Below, piece by piece: positions 16,031 through 25,604 of a DNA stretch of 34,668 nt. The stretch spans positions 1 through 34,668 of the IMG/VR virus record IMGVR_UViG_2737471865_000001. One strand, written 5' to 3'. The translations under genes were made by a program, and so were the position numbers. Under the pieces are notes generated by a model that had not been told where the DNA came from, searched no databases, and was given only the letters and a program-made list of their open reading frames with translations. Source of the stretch: a virus. Taxonomy: Duplodnaviria > Heunggongvirae > Uroviricota > Caudoviricetes. Within the stretch, counting starts at the first letter, position 1, and every line of letters begins with the position of its first letter.

Positions 16031-16490
16031 TCAACGTAAGGCGTTCCTCGATATGCTGGCGTGGTCAGAGGGAACAGATAACGGACGTCAAAAAACCAGA
16101 AATCATGGTTATGACGTCATTGTAGGCGGAGAGCTATTCACTGATTACTCCGATCACCCTCGCAAACTTGTCACGCTAAACCCAAAACTCAAATCAACAG
16201 CCGCCGGACGTTACCAGCTTCTTTCCCGTTGGTGGGATGCCTATCGTAAGCAGCTTGGACTGAAAGACTTCTCTCCGAAAAGCCAGGACGCTGTGGCATT
16301 GCAACAGATTAAAGAGCGTGGCGCTTTACCGATGATTGATCGCGGTGATATTCGTCAGGCTATCGACCGTTGCAGCAATATCTGGGCTTCACTGCCGGGG
16401 GCTGGTTATGGTCAGTTCGAGCATAAGGCTGACAGCCTGATTGCAAAATTCAAAGAAGCTGGCGGAACGGTCAGAGAGATTGAGGTATGA
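16014..16490 (+). CDS. R: endolysin R (lambda-type lytic transglycosylase)
   Basis: 158 aa [49 protein letters not shown]... matching lambda R; start overlaps the end of S. Confidence 0.95.
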   Translation: MVEINNQRKAFLDMLAWSEGTDNGRQKTRNHGYDVIVGGELFTDYSDHPRKLVTLNPKLKSTAAGRYQLLSRWWDAYRKQLGLKDFSPKSQDAVALQQIKERGALPMIDRGDIRQAIDRCSNIWASLPGAGYGQFEHKADSLIAKFKEAGGTVREIEV

Positions 16491-16945
16491 GCAGAGTCAC
16501 CGCGATTATCTCCGCTCTGATTATCTGCATCGTCGTCTGTCTGTCGTGGGCGGTCAATCATTACCGTGATAACGCCATTACCTACAAAGCCCAGCGCGAC
16601 AAAAATGTCAGAGAACTGAAGCTGGCGAACGCGGCAATTACTGACATGCAGAAGCGTCAACGTGATGTAGCAGAACTCGACGCCAGATACACAAAGGAGC
16701 TTGCTGATGCTAACGCGACTATCGAAAGTCTCCGTGCTGATGTTTCTGCTGGTCGTAAGCGCCTGCAAGTCGCCGCCACCTGTGCAAAGTCAAAGACCGG
16801 AGCCAGCGGCATGGGCGATGGAGAAAGCCCAAGACTTACAGCAGATGCTGAACTCAATTATTACCGTCTCCGAAGTGGAATCGACAGGATAACCGCGCAG
16901 GTTAACTACCTGCAGGAGTACATCAGGACGCAATGCCTTCGATGA
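16487..16945 (+). CDS. Rz: i-spanin Rz
   Basis: 152 aa with N-terminal TM helix and coiled-coil periplasmic domain; start overlaps the R stop. Confidence 0.9.
   Translation: MSRVTAIISALIICIVVCLSWAVNHYRDNAITYKAQRDKNVRELKLANAAITDMQKRQRDVAELDARYTKELADANATIESLRADVSAGRKRLQVAATCAKSKTGASGMGDGESPRLTADAELNYYRLRSGIDRITAQVNYLQEYIRTQCLR
16701..16892 (+). CDS. Rz1: o-spanin Rz1 (lipoprotein embedded in the +1 frame of Rz)
   Basis: Lipobox LVVSAC followed by a Pro-rich mature peptide; entirely nested in Rz in a different frame. Confidence 0.8.
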   Translation: MLMLTRLSKVSVLMFLLVVSACKSPPPVQSQRPEPAAWAMEKAQDLQQMLNSIITVSEVESTG

Positions 16946-17119
16946 TAGCGATAATTTTACTCATCATCCTTCACATCTGGCTCTGTAGACAGGGTGGTGA
17001 TCACTTCTGGAGTGAATCCAGATTAAACATCTCATTGCTGATGCTTGATATTGAGCATCAGGCGCGCGGTAAAGGGCTGCGTTGAGATAAGAGCCAGTCA
17101 TCACAAACACCAGGATTTA

Positions 17120-17143
17120 GCCTCGCATTCGCGGGGCTTTTTT
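17120..17143 (+). terminator. rho-independent terminator downstream of the lysis cassette
   Basis: Hairpin GCCTCGC-attc-GCGGGGC (one G-U pair) followed by TTTTTT. Confidence 0.7.
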
Positions 17144-17290
17144 ACATCTGCAGTAAACCGCGCATCGCAGCGCGTAACAATCCCGAGTCTTTCAGAAAGC
17201 TGAGCCTGAGAACTGCCGTATATGGTGGCGACCATCTCGGGGCGGCTTTTCTGTGCGAACAGGCTCATCTTTCTAAAAGGTAAAGACGCT

Positions 17291-17779
17291 ATGAACCAAT
17301 TAGAAGAAAAGCTTCAAAGAATGATTTCCTTATACAAGGAAGATAGCTGCCAAAAAGTTCCTGAAAACATCGCAGAGTTAATGGAATTGGCAAGTGAATT
17401 TTCTGGCATGCTTAAGTCGTCAGGTGTTCGGTCAGCGTTCTTTGTTGAAATGCTGATGCACGGCGGACTTATGGCAACAATGAGACGTGTAATGGAAGAC
17501 CAGAGAAAAGAACCTCCTCAGGTATACGTTTTGTCATCGAAGAAAACTGGGCTAACCAAAATTGGGTATTCATCCAACATTCCACAACGCATCAAATCGC
17601 TTGGCAACTCTGGACCAGACTGCTTGAAGCTTGAGTGCCTGATCCCTGGTGGAAGAGAAACTGAAAACATGCTTCATCGCAAATTTGCCGCAAAGAGAAA
17701 GCACGGTGAATGGTTCGCCCTGTCCAAGGATGACATTGAGGGATTGAAATCTGTAGCGATTACTTCCGATGGCTATTAA
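17291..17779 (+). CDS. T5orf172-domain (GIY-YIG-superfamily-like) protein with helical N-terminal extension
   Basis: C-terminal region VYVLSSKKTGLTKIGYSSNIPQRIKSLGN...ENMLHRKFAAKRKHGEWFAL matches the T5orf172/MUG113 signature (VYVL..G..KIG...N...R...L, then LH..F...R..GEWF). Start taken at ATG 17291 (MNQLEEK...). Confidence 0.6.
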   Translation: MNQLEEKLQRMISLYKEDSCQKVPENIAELMELASEFSGMLKSSGVRSAFFVEMLMHGGLMATMRRVMEDQRKEPPQVYVLSSKKTGLTKIGYSSNIPQRIKSLGNSGPDCLKLECLIPGGRETENMLHRKFAAKRKHGEWFALSKDDIEGLKSVAITSDGY

Positions 17780-17817
17780 TGCTTGTTTAGAGCAATTTTC
17801 ATAACAACTCTTCATTA

Positions 17818-17848
17818 CAAAGCCCATCTACTGGTGGGCTTGATAATG
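17818..17848 (+). repeat. conserved hairpin element, copy A (AAGCCCA...TGGGCTTGATAATG)
   Basis: Stem AAGCCCA / TGGGCTT followed by TGATAATG, immediately after the T5orf172 gene; a near-identical element recurs at 18726..18758. Confidence 0.5.
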
Positions 17849-18097
17849 AAACCGTGATTTACATCCCCACAATCCGGGTATGTAAAAGATAGTTCAGGCG
17901 AGAACAGATTTAACTAAATCTGTGCACCACCAGTTGCGGCAGTACAGCGAAACAACCCAAGCCAGTAAGTGGGGAAATAACACTGGCAGCCACTGAAAGA
18001 TGAACCTCCTGCCTGATGGCAAAAAAGATTCTTTGTGGTGGCGGACTGATGGAAAGACATCCGCTGAATCGATGATGAACAAGTGGAAGAGGTTGCG

Positions 18098-18268
18098 ATG
18101 GTTTCCGTGAACAAAGATCCGAAGGAAGGCGTTGAATACATCACTGGTGCTGATGGTGTGAAAAGGCCAATGGCTTATTACAAAGCGGCCGAAGAGAGGG
18201 CAAGAATGGAAAATCCCCCTAAATGCGGATCATTTTTCGACATGCTGGACCTTCAATGGAAGTTGTGA
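18098..18268 (+). CDS. hypothetical small protein (56 aa)
   Basis: ATG at 18098 preceded by GGAAGAGG; followed by a terminator. Confidence 0.4.
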   Translation: MVSVNKDPKEGVEYITGADGVKRPMAYYKAAEERARMENPPKCGSFFDMLDLQWKL

Positions 18269-18278
18269 ACAACTAACA

Positions 18279-18300
18279 GGTCGCTCAGGCGGCCTTTTTT
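18279..18300 (+). terminator. rho-independent terminator
   Basis: Stem GGTCGC / GCGGCC (one G-U pair), loop TCAG, then TTTTTT. Confidence 0.55.
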
Positions 18301-18345
18301 ATCGCCATCACAAAAACATCTTTAACAACCAACAAGGTCATAATT

Positions 18346-18717
18346 ATGAACGACCAGCAAATCGAAAAAGAAATCGTTGAGAAAGGCAAAACGGCACCGC
18401 GCGTTACGCCAGACCATATCGAAGGAATTATTGCTCAGGAGGCATATTTCACAGCAGAGGATGGTGCCTTTGGCAAAGCCATAAAAGCTAAACATACTGG
18501 CGGAGAGGTAAACTACCAGCCGCACGAATCACTTTCTCTGCTGACGTTCTGCGTCCTGGTGCTGCGCAACGGCTTCACCGTCACCGGAGAGAGTGCCTGT
18601 GCAAGTCCGGAAAATTTTGATGCAGAAATTGGTCGGAAGATTGCCCGGCAGAATGCTGTAAACAAAATCTGGATGCTCGAAGGTTACTTGCTGAAGCAGA
18701 AGCTAAGCGAACAGTAG
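18346..18717 (+). CDS. hypothetical phage protein (123 aa)
   Basis: ORF with a good start context; may belong to a small phage protein family found upstream of terminase genes, but I cannot place it confidently. Confidence 0.5.
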   Translation: MNDQQIEKEIVEKGKTAPRVTPDHIEGIIAQEAYFTAEDGAFGKAIKAKHTGGEVNYQPHESLSLLTFCVLVLRNGFTVTGESACASPENFDAEIGRKIARQNAVNKIWMLEGYLLKQKLSEQ

Positions 18718-18725
18718 TTATTACA

Positions 18726-18758
18726 AAAGCCATTCCCTACAGAGTGGCTTTGATAATG
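18726..18758 (+). repeat. conserved hairpin element, copy B (AAAGCC...GGCTTTGATAATG)
   Basis: Stem AAAGCC / GGCTTT followed by TGATAATG, immediately after the 123-aa gene; same flanking ATTACAAAGCC and TTGATAATG as copy A. Confidence 0.5.
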
Positions 18759-18820
18759 GCTTATACCCTACACGGGATAACTTAACTGATATCCCTTTTA
18801 ACGGATAAACGGAGCCAACA

Positions 18821-19063
18821 ATGGCAGAGATTATTCCCATGACTGAAGAACAGAAATTCCAGTTAGAGATTTACAAACTGGTCATGAACCAGAACGCAGC
18901 CGCAGAAGAAGCATTTCAATTCATTGGCACTGACGAACTGAAGCTTGAGCTATTCAAAATTCACTTCCAGTCAGGCGGCGCTAATTCGGATATCACGACC
19001 CGCACTATCGAAGCGGTGCGTAAATCGAAGGAAGCGTTAGACCTGTTCACCACCGGAGCATAA
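18821..19063 (+). CDS. hypothetical protein (80 aa)
   Basis: ORF immediately upstream of the terminase small subunit; no recognisable motif. Confidence 0.45.
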   Translation: MAEIIPMTEEQKFQLEIYKLVMNQNAAAEEAFQFIGTDELKLELFKIHFQSGGANSDITTRTIEAVRKSKEALDLFTTGA

Positions 19064-19065
19064 AC

Positions 19066-19506
19066 ATGGCGCGCCCAACAAAGTATCAAGAGGCGTATGC
19101 CGAACAGGCACGCAAACTGTGCTTGCTGGGCTATACAGACGCAGAACTTGCTGATTTCTTCGAAGTCAGTGAGTCAACTATTAACAAGTGGAAGCTTGAT
19201 TATCCTAAGTTTTCGGAGTCCATAAAAAAGGGTAAGGCCGTCGCTGATGCAGAAGTTAGTGACCGTCTTTATCAACGCGCTATGGGCTTCGTGGCTCCAG
19301 ACATCGATATTCGTGTTATTGAAAACAGAATTGTCGAAACTCCGCTTGAGAAGTATTACCCGCCTGATACAACCGCTGCCATCTTCTGGCTTAAGAATCG
19401 ACAGAAGGATAAATGGCGCGACAAGGTTGATCACGAGCTAACAGGCAAAGACGGCGGCGCAATCCAGATTGAAACATCACCGATGAGCACTCTATTCGGA
19501 AAATGA
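19066..19506 (+). CDS. terminase small subunit
   Basis: 146 aa with HTH-like GYTDAELADFFEVSESTINKWK; stop overlaps the TerL start as ATGA. Confidence 0.75.
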   Translation: MARPTKYQEAYAEQARKLCLLGYTDAELADFFEVSESTINKWKLDYPKFSESIKKGKAVADAEVSDRLYQRAMGFVAPDIDIRVIENRIVETPLEKYYPPDTTAAIFWLKNRQKDKWRDKVDHELTGKDGGAIQIETSPMSTLFGK

Positions 19507-20918
19507 CCTCGATTAATCCTATCTTTGAACCGTTCATTGAGGCGCATCGCTACAAAGTCGCCAAAGGCGGTCGAGGTAGCGGTAAATCATGGGCAATTGC
19601 GAGGCTGCTTGTTGAGGCGGCACGTCGGCAGCCTGTGCGTATTCTTTGCGCTCGTGAACTGCAAAACAGTATCAGCGATTCGGTAATCCGGTTGCTTGAA
19701 GACACCATCGAGCGGGAAGGGTATTCGGCCGAGTTTGAAATTCAGCGTTCCATGATTCGTCATCTCGGAACGAATGCTGAGTTCATGTTCTACGGCATCA
19801 AAAACAACCCGACGAAGATTAAATCGCTAGAAGGTATTGATATCTGCTGGGTGGAGGAAGCGGAAGCGGTAACGAAGGAATCATGGGATATCCTGATACC
19901 AACCATCCGCAAGCCGTTTTCCGAAATATGGGTGAGCTTTAACCCTAAGAACATCCTCGACGATACCTATCAGCGATTCGTCGTAAATCCTCCCGATGAT
20001 ATTTGCCTGCTGACGGTGAACTACACCGACAACCCGCATTTTCCTGAAGTTCTCCGTCTGGAGATGGAAGAGTGTAAACGCAGAAACCCGACACTGTATC
20101 GTCACATCTGGCTTGGTGAGCCAGTAAGCGCAAGTGATATGGCAATCATCAAACGTGAATGGCTTGAAGCCGCAACCGATGCGCACAAGAAACTCGGATG
20201 GAAAGCGAAAGGCGCTGTTGTCTCTGCGCATGACCCATCAGATACAGGGCCAGATGCTAAAGGTTATGCATCGCGTCACGGTTCGGTTGTTAAGCGCATT
20301 GCCGAAGGCCTGCTGATGGACATCAACGAGGGTGCTGACTGGGCTACTTCGCTGGCGATTGAAGACGGCTCTGACCACTACCTGTGGGATGGTGATGGTG
20401 TTGGTGCCGGGCTACGCAGACAGACAACGGAAGCGTTCTCCGGCAAGAAAATCACCGCCACGATGTTCAAGGGCAGCGAATCGCCATTCGATGAAGATGC
20501 GCCATATCAGGCCGGAGCATGGGCTGATGAAGTTGTACAGGGCGACAATGTTCGCACTATTGGCGATGTATTCCGCAATAAGCGAGCGCAATTCTATTAC
20601 GCGCTGGCTGACAGGCTGTATCTGACATATCGGGCGGTTGTTCACGGTGAGTATGCAGACCCAGACGACATGCTGAGTTTCGACAAAGAAGCGATAGGCG
20701 AGAAGATGCTGGAGAAGCTGTTTGCAGAACTGACGCAGATTCAGCGCAAATTCAATAATAACGGGAAGCTGGAGCTTATGACTAAGGTCGAAATGAAGCA
20801 GAAGCTCGGTATTCCATCTCCTAACCTGGCTGATGCGCTGATGATGTGTATGCATTGCCCGGAGTCGGCTGCGCAACCCGACTATTCCAGTTACTCAATT
20901 CCTTGTGGTGTAGGTTGA
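19503..20918 (+). CDS. terminase large subunit
   Basis: 471 aa; Walker A KGGRGSGKS, Walker B-like ICWVEEAE, C-terminal nuclease region. Confidence 0.93.
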   Translation: MTSINPIFEPFIEAHRYKVAKGGRGSGKSWAIARLLVEAARRQPVRILCARELQNSISDSVIRLLEDTIEREGYSAEFEIQRSMIRHLGTNAEFMFYGIKNNPTKIKSLEGIDICWVEEAEAVTKESWDILIPTIRKPFSEIWVSFNPKNILDDTYQRFVVNPPDDICLLTVNYTDNPHFPEVLRLEMEECKRRNPTLYRHIWLGEPVSASDMAIIKREWLEAATDAHKKLGWKAKGAVVSAHDPSDTGPDAKGYASRHGSVVKRIAEGLLMDINEGADWATSLAIEDGSDHYLWDGDGVGAGLRRQTTEAFSGKKITATMFKGSESPFDEDAPYQAGAWADEVVQGDNVRTIGDVFRNKRAQFYYALADRLYLTYRAVVHGEYADPDDMLSFDKEAIGEKMLEKLFAELTQIQRKFNNNGKLELMTKVEMKQKLGIPSPNLADALMMCMHCPESAAQPDYSSYSIPCGVG

Positions 20919-20919
20919 T

Positions 20920-23118
20920 ATGGCAGAAAAAAAGATGACTGACTGGCATCGCAAGGTGCTGTGCAACTTTGATAATGCCTGGTCAGCAACGCAGGATATG
21001 CGTGAGCAGATTATTGAGGCTCAACGTTTCGTCCGGGTATCCGGCGCACAGTGGGAAGGCAGTACAAACGCTGGTTACTCATTTGATGAAGGCAGGTTTG
21101 AGCATTATCCGCGTTTTGAACTGAATAAGATTGCCCGTGAATGTGATCGCATCATTGGCGAGTATCGACAGAATCGCATCAGCGTTAAATTCAGGCCGAA
21201 GGACGATAAGGCATCGGAAGCGTTAGCCGAAAAGATGAACGGCAAATTCCGCGCTGACTATCAGGAAACATCCGGTGGCGAAGCGTGTGATAACGCATTT
21301 GATGATGCTGTAACGGGCGGATTCGGTTGTTTCCGCATGTGTGCCGATTACGAAGATGAAATGGATCCGAGTAACGAGCAGCGACGCATCAGTCTTCTTC
21401 CTGTTTACGACCCAGCGACATGCGTCTTCTTTGATCAGGACAGCAAGCAATATGACCGCTCTGATGCTATGTGGGCTATGGAAATGTTCTCCATGACGCC
21501 CAAAGCGTTCGAGGCTGAATACCCTGATTCCATCGCGGCAAGTCTTTCTCGTGATGACACTGGCACTCAATATGACTGGTCAACTCCTGATGCTATCTAT
21601 GTTGGTCGCTACTACGAAGTTCGCATAGAGAAGGTGAAGCTCACAGCATGGCGTAACCCTGTTAGCGGAGAAACGGCAATCTATGATGAAGAGCAAATCA
21701 AAGATATTGTCGACGAGCTGACCGATGGTGCATTCGAACTGATTGGTGAGCGGACAGTGAAGAAACGCCGAGTTTATTGCGGTCTTCTGTCTGGCGCTGA
21801 ATGGCTGGAAGAACCGAAGCGTATTCCGGGCGAACATATTCCTCTCATCCCGGTATATGGGCGTCGTTCATTTGTTGATAATCAGGAGCGAATCGAAGGC
21901 CACGCAGCAAAAGCGATGGATGCACAGCGTCTTGAGAACCTGATGGTTTCCATGATTGCAGATAACGCTACTCAGGCTGGCGGTGATGGCATTCCTGTAG
22001 TTGATGTTGACATGATTCCTGGTCCTCTTGCCACTCATTGGGCGGAGCGCAACAAAAAGCGCCCGGCGTTCCTGCCGATGGTCAGTCTGAAAAACAAAAA
22101 CGGAGATATTACTGCGCAGGCTCAGGTCAGCAGTTATACACCTCCGACACAAATGCCTCCAGCTCTTGCCGGGCTATTGCAGTACACCGGAACGGCTATT
22201 CAGCAAATTACAGGTGCGTCGCAGCTTGAGAACATGCCGAGCAACGTCGCTACCGATACCGTTGATAGCATCTTTAATCGGATGGACACGCAGTCCTATA
22301 TCTACATGGACAACATGGCTAAATCCATGCGCCGCGCTGGCGTCGTGTGGCTTTCTATGGCGCGTGAAGTCTATGGCAGCGATACGCCAATGCGCATCGT
22401 TAATGAGGACGGCAGCGATGACGTGGCGCTGATGACTGGTGAAGTGGTTGACCGTCAGACAGGGCGGGTTATCGCGCTTAACGACCTTTCGCAGGGTAAC
22501 TATGAAGTGACTGTCGATGTCGGTCAGTCGTTCGCTACTCGCCGTGATGCAACGGTTAAGTCGTTACTTTCCATGCTGGCACTTATCCCACCAGGAACGC
22601 CGAAGCACGACCTTGTATCGTCGATGATTCTCGACAATATGGACGGCGAAGGGATGGACGACCTTAAAGAATACAACCGCAATCAGTTGCTTCTGTCTGG
22701 AGTTATCAAGCCGAGAACGCCAGAAGAACAGCAGATGGTTGAGCAGGCGAAACAACAACAGGCCAGTCAGCCAGATCCGGCTATGGTTGCTGCGCAAGGT
22801 CAGCTTCTTGCTGGTCAGGCTGAATTGCAGAAAGCGCAGAACGAACAGGCAGCCATTCAGGTTAAAGCATTCCAGGCACAGACTGATGCTCAGGTTGCAG
22901 CAGCAAACGTTGTGAAAATCCTCGCATCTGCCGATAGCCAGCAGAAATCTGATATCCGCGAGGCTCTGAAACTGCTCGGACAGTTCCAGCAACAGCAAGG
23001 AGACAATGCCCGTGCTGATGCAGAGCTTGTCCTGAAAAGTCAGGCACAGGGTCATGCGCAGCGCATGGACATCAGCAGCATCCTGCAAAAATCAACTCAG
23101 CAACAACCACAGCAGTAA
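20920..23118 (+). CDS. portal protein (P22 gp1-like)
   Basis: 732 aa; ERTVKKRRVY and the C-terminal Gln-rich barrel region (PEEQQMVEQAKQQQASQPDPAMVAAQGQLLAGQAELQKAQN) parallel P22 portal from memory. Confidence 0.93.
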   Translation: MAEKKMTDWHRKVLCNFDNAWSATQDMREQIIEAQRFVRVSGAQWEGSTNAGYSFDEGRFEHYPRFELNKIARECDRIIGEYRQNRISVKFRPKDDKASEALAEKMNGKFRADYQETSGGEACDNAFDDAVTGGFGCFRMCADYEDEMDPSNEQRRISLLPVYDPATCVFFDQDSKQYDRSDAMWAMEMFSMTPKAFEAEYPDSIAASLSRDDTGTQYDWSTPDAIYVGRYYEVRIEKVKLTAWRNPVSGETAIYDEEQIKDIVDELTDGAFELIGERTVKKRRVYCGLLSGAEWLEEPKRIPGEHIPLIPVYGRRSFVDNQERIEGHAAKAMDAQRLENLMVSMIADNATQAGGDGIPVVDVDMIPGPLATHWAERNKKRPAFLPMVSLKNKNGDITAQAQVSSYTPPTQMPPALAGLLQYTGTAIQQITGASQLENMPSNVATDTVDSIFNRMDTQSYIYMDNMAKSMRRAGVVWLSMAREVYGSDTPMRIVNEDGSDDVALMTGEVVDRQTGRVIALNDLSQGNYEVTVDVGQSFATRRDATVKSLLSMLALIPPGTPKHDLVSSMILDNMDGEGMDDLKEYNRNQLLLSGVIKPRTPEEQQMVEQAKQQQASQPDPAMVAAQGQLLAGQAELQKAQNEQAAIQVKAFQAQTDAQVAAANVVKILASADSQQKSDIREALKLLGQFQQQQGDNARADAELVLKSQAQGHAQRMDISSILQKSTQQQPQQ

Positions 23119-23208
23119 TTAACCCATAACGTGCAATGGCTGTCTTTATGAGGCCTGGCACCCTATTGCCTTCCGATGGGCTGAACATCGAGTAAACAGG
23201 GGTAACAA

Positions 23209-24102
23209 ATGGACCAGATGGCAGAAAACACACCAGAAGTTGAAATCGAAACCGACGCGTCAGAGCAGATTCCTGATGATGTCGAACTGGCTGAAGAAGT
23301 CGAAACAGAAGATGGCAGTGAGTCATCCGGCAATGATGTAGAGGAAGCTACTGAAACTGATGACGACGAATCAGAACAGGAATTCTACTTTGGTGACGAA
23401 AAGCTGGATTCGCCAACCAGCGAAGATGGCGCAGAGCATGGACTGGTAAAACACCTGCGCAAGACGATTAAAGAGAAAGACCGCGAGCTGAAAGAGCTGA
23501 TGCGTCAGTCACAGAAACCCGTCGAGCAGCAGCCGGTAATCACTCAACCACCGCGAATGCCAAAACTGGACGATGAGGACATCGGTTTCGATGAAGAAAT
23601 CTACCAGCAACGCATGGCTAAGTGGGCAGAGGATAACGGCAAGTACCAGCAACAGGAGATGGCTCGCAAGCAGAAGGAGCATGAGCTTCAGGCTGCCTAT
23701 CAAGAGCGATTATCCAAATATCAGCAACGTGTTAAGGCTCTCAAAGTTCCTGGCTATCAGGAAGCTGAGCAGGCCGTACTCGAGGAAATTCCCATCGAGA
23801 CACAAAACGCGATCCTGTTTGAGTCAGAGAAGCCGGAAATCGTTGTTCTGGCGCTCGGTCGCAACGCTGAACTGCGCAAGCAACTGGCAGAAGCTACCAA
23901 CCCCGTAGCAATTGGTCGTCTGCTGGAACGTATCGAATCGAAGGCCAGAATCATGCCAAAAGCAAAAACCACGGCAGCCACAACCCCGACAGTTAAGGGG
24001 AGCAACGGCGCAGTAATCAATAACCTCGACAAACTGAAAGCCAAGGCGCTGGAAACTGGTGACTGGACGCCGTATTTCGCCGCTAAAAAGGCAAAAAAAT
24101 AA
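23209..24102 (+). CDS. scaffolding protein (P22 gp8-like)
   Basis: 297 aa; acidic N-terminus, long charged coiled-coil, basic helix-turn-helix-like C-terminus; between portal and coat genes. Confidence 0.85.
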   Translation: MDQMAENTPEVEIETDASEQIPDDVELAEEVETEDGSESSGNDVEEATETDDDESEQEFYFGDEKLDSPTSEDGAEHGLVKHLRKTIKEKDRELKELMRQSQKPVEQQPVITQPPRMPKLDDEDIGFDEEIYQQRMAKWAEDNGKYQQQEMARKQKEHELQAAYQERLSKYQQRVKALKVPGYQEAEQAVLEEIPIETQNAILFESEKPEIVVLALGRNAELRKQLAEATNPVAIGRLLERIESKARIMPKAKTTAATTPTVKGSNGAVINNLDKLKAKALETGDWTPYFAAKKAKK

Positions 24103-24120
24103 CCTATCGGAGCATTAAGC

Positions 24121-25374
24121 ATGGCTAACCAATTAGCAAAAGACATTGAAATCATGTTCGAAAACTACGTTGAAGGCTTTGAGGCCGCCTGCGTAGTTTC
24201 CCGTAACGCTAAAAAATTCCGTCCCGGTGATACAGCAATGCAGAGAGCAGGTGATGTTCTGTATCGTCCGCAGCATTACCACATGAACATTGAGGAAGGC
24301 CTAGACCTCAGCGGAAAAACGCCAACAGCACTGGTTCAGCGCCTTGTTCCTTCTGTGTTCAAGGAGCCGAAAAACATTCTGTACACTCTGGATGCGCGTG
24401 AAATGCGTGACCCGGAACATAAAACTGAAGCTGGTCGAGCCGCAGGTATGCGCCTTGCTGCACAGATTGACTCTGACCTGATTTCCATGGTCACGCAGCG
24501 TGCTACTAACGTGATCACAATGGCTGACTCAACCACTGGTTCACAGGGCCGTGATTTGTGGAACTGTGCGGCAGGTATTGATGCCACCATGACGGCGATT
24601 GGTGTACCACAGGGTATCAACCGCCGCTCTTTCTGGAACCCCTTCAACTACAAAGACCTTGCTGGCGAGCTTGGTCACCGTGCCTATGCTCAGGGCGCAA
24701 CCCTGACAGCATACGAAAAAGCGCAGATCCCTCCGGTTGCTTCCTTTGATAGCTACAAGACCGATATTTCTGGTCGTGTTCCGAAGGGTACAGCAACTTC
24801 CATTACTCTGGCAGCAGCACCTGCGCACAAGGTTGAAGCGAAAGATGCTAACGATATGCCAGTGGATAACCGACAGGGGACCATTACGGTATCTGCTGAA
24901 GGTTTGCAGGTTGGCGATGCGTTTACCATCGCAGGGGTGAATTCCGTACACCAGATCACCAAAGATACCACCGGGCAGCCGCAGGTATTCCGCGTTCTGG
25001 CAGTTAGCGGAACGACAGTAACTATCTCCCCGAAAATTCTGCCGCCTGACAACGCGGATGTCGCCAGCCGTCCATATGCAAACGTTGATGCTAATGCGGC
25101 AAGTAGCGCAGCAATCACCATTCTCAACAAAAATGCCGCACCGGCTAACCTGTTCTGGGCTGATGGTTCTGTTGAACTGATGTACGGCAAACTGGCGTTC
25201 CCAACTGGTCAGGGGCCACAGGTAATGACGGCAACCACCGAGCAGGGCGCTACGCTGATCATGTCTTACGCCTTCGACCACATCAAAGGCGTAACCACTG
25301 CGCGTTTCACCACTCTGTACGGTTGCTCTGTACTGGTTCCTGAATATACGGGCATCGTTATTGCCGGGCAGTAA
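24121..25374 (+). CDS. major coat protein (P22 gp5-like)
   Basis: 417 aa with segments paralleling P22 coat (e.g. NLFWADGSVELM versus the P22 NVFWADD... region); followed by a terminator. Confidence 0.88.
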   Translation: MANQLAKDIEIMFENYVEGFEAACVVSRNAKKFRPGDTAMQRAGDVLYRPQHYHMNIEEGLDLSGKTPTALVQRLVPSVFKEPKNILYTLDAREMRDPEHKTEAGRAAGMRLAAQIDSDLISMVTQRATNVITMADSTTGSQGRDLWNCAAGIDATMTAIGVPQGINRRSFWNPFNYKDLAGELGHRAYAQGATLTAYEKAQIPPVASFDSYKTDISGRVPKGTATSITLAAAPAHKVEAKDANDMPVDNRQGTITVSAEGLQVGDAFTIAGVNSVHQITKDTTGQPQVFRVLAVSGTTVTISPKILPPDNADVASRPYANVDANAASSAAITILNKNAAPANLFWADGSVELMYGKLAFPTGQGPQVMTATTEQGATLIMSYAFDHIKGVTTARFTTLYGCSVLVPEYTGIVIAGQ

Positions 25375-25381
25375 TTTAGGT

Positions 25382-25403
25382 GGGGCTTCGGCCCCATTTT
25401 TAT
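25382..25403 (+). terminator. rho-independent terminator after the coat gene
   Basis: Hairpin GGGGC-ttcg-GCCCC followed by ATTTTTA. Confidence 0.8.
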
Positions 25404-25415
25404 TGGGAGAAGACA

Positions 25416-25604
25416 ATGGCACGAACAATGCTCTATAAGCCGGGCAACATGATCACCTGTGGTCAGTTTGCTGTCGATTACATCATTGTTGATGACGAAG
25501 AAGTTAAATCTCACCTGAAAAAAGGTTGGGTAAAAACTCCTGAAGAAACCGCAACGAAGCAAAAAGTGGCTAAGGCGGAAGAAGATGGCGAAAACGAAGG
25601 GTGA
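25416..25604 (+). CDS. hypothetical small protein (62 aa)
   Basis: ATG at 25416 with GGGAGA RBS, located just after the terminator hairpin; the track's upstream start would lie inside the hairpin. Confidence 0.45.
   Translation: MARTMLYKPGNMITCGQFAVDYIIVDDEEVKSHLKKGWVKTPEETATKQKVAKAEEDGENEG

Noticed and set aside
22564-23088. 174-aa minus-strand ORF and other antisense ORFs inside the terminase and portal genes (19881..20231, 20412..20876, 21223..22152)
   Set aside because: All lie within confidently assigned structural genes on the opposite strand and have shadow-frame composition.
24541-25428. 295-aa minus-strand ORF, plus 24753..25190 and 24336..24647
   Set aside because: Antisense to the coat gene, which has strong similarity to P22-type coat protein; Cys/Arg-rich shadow-frame composition.
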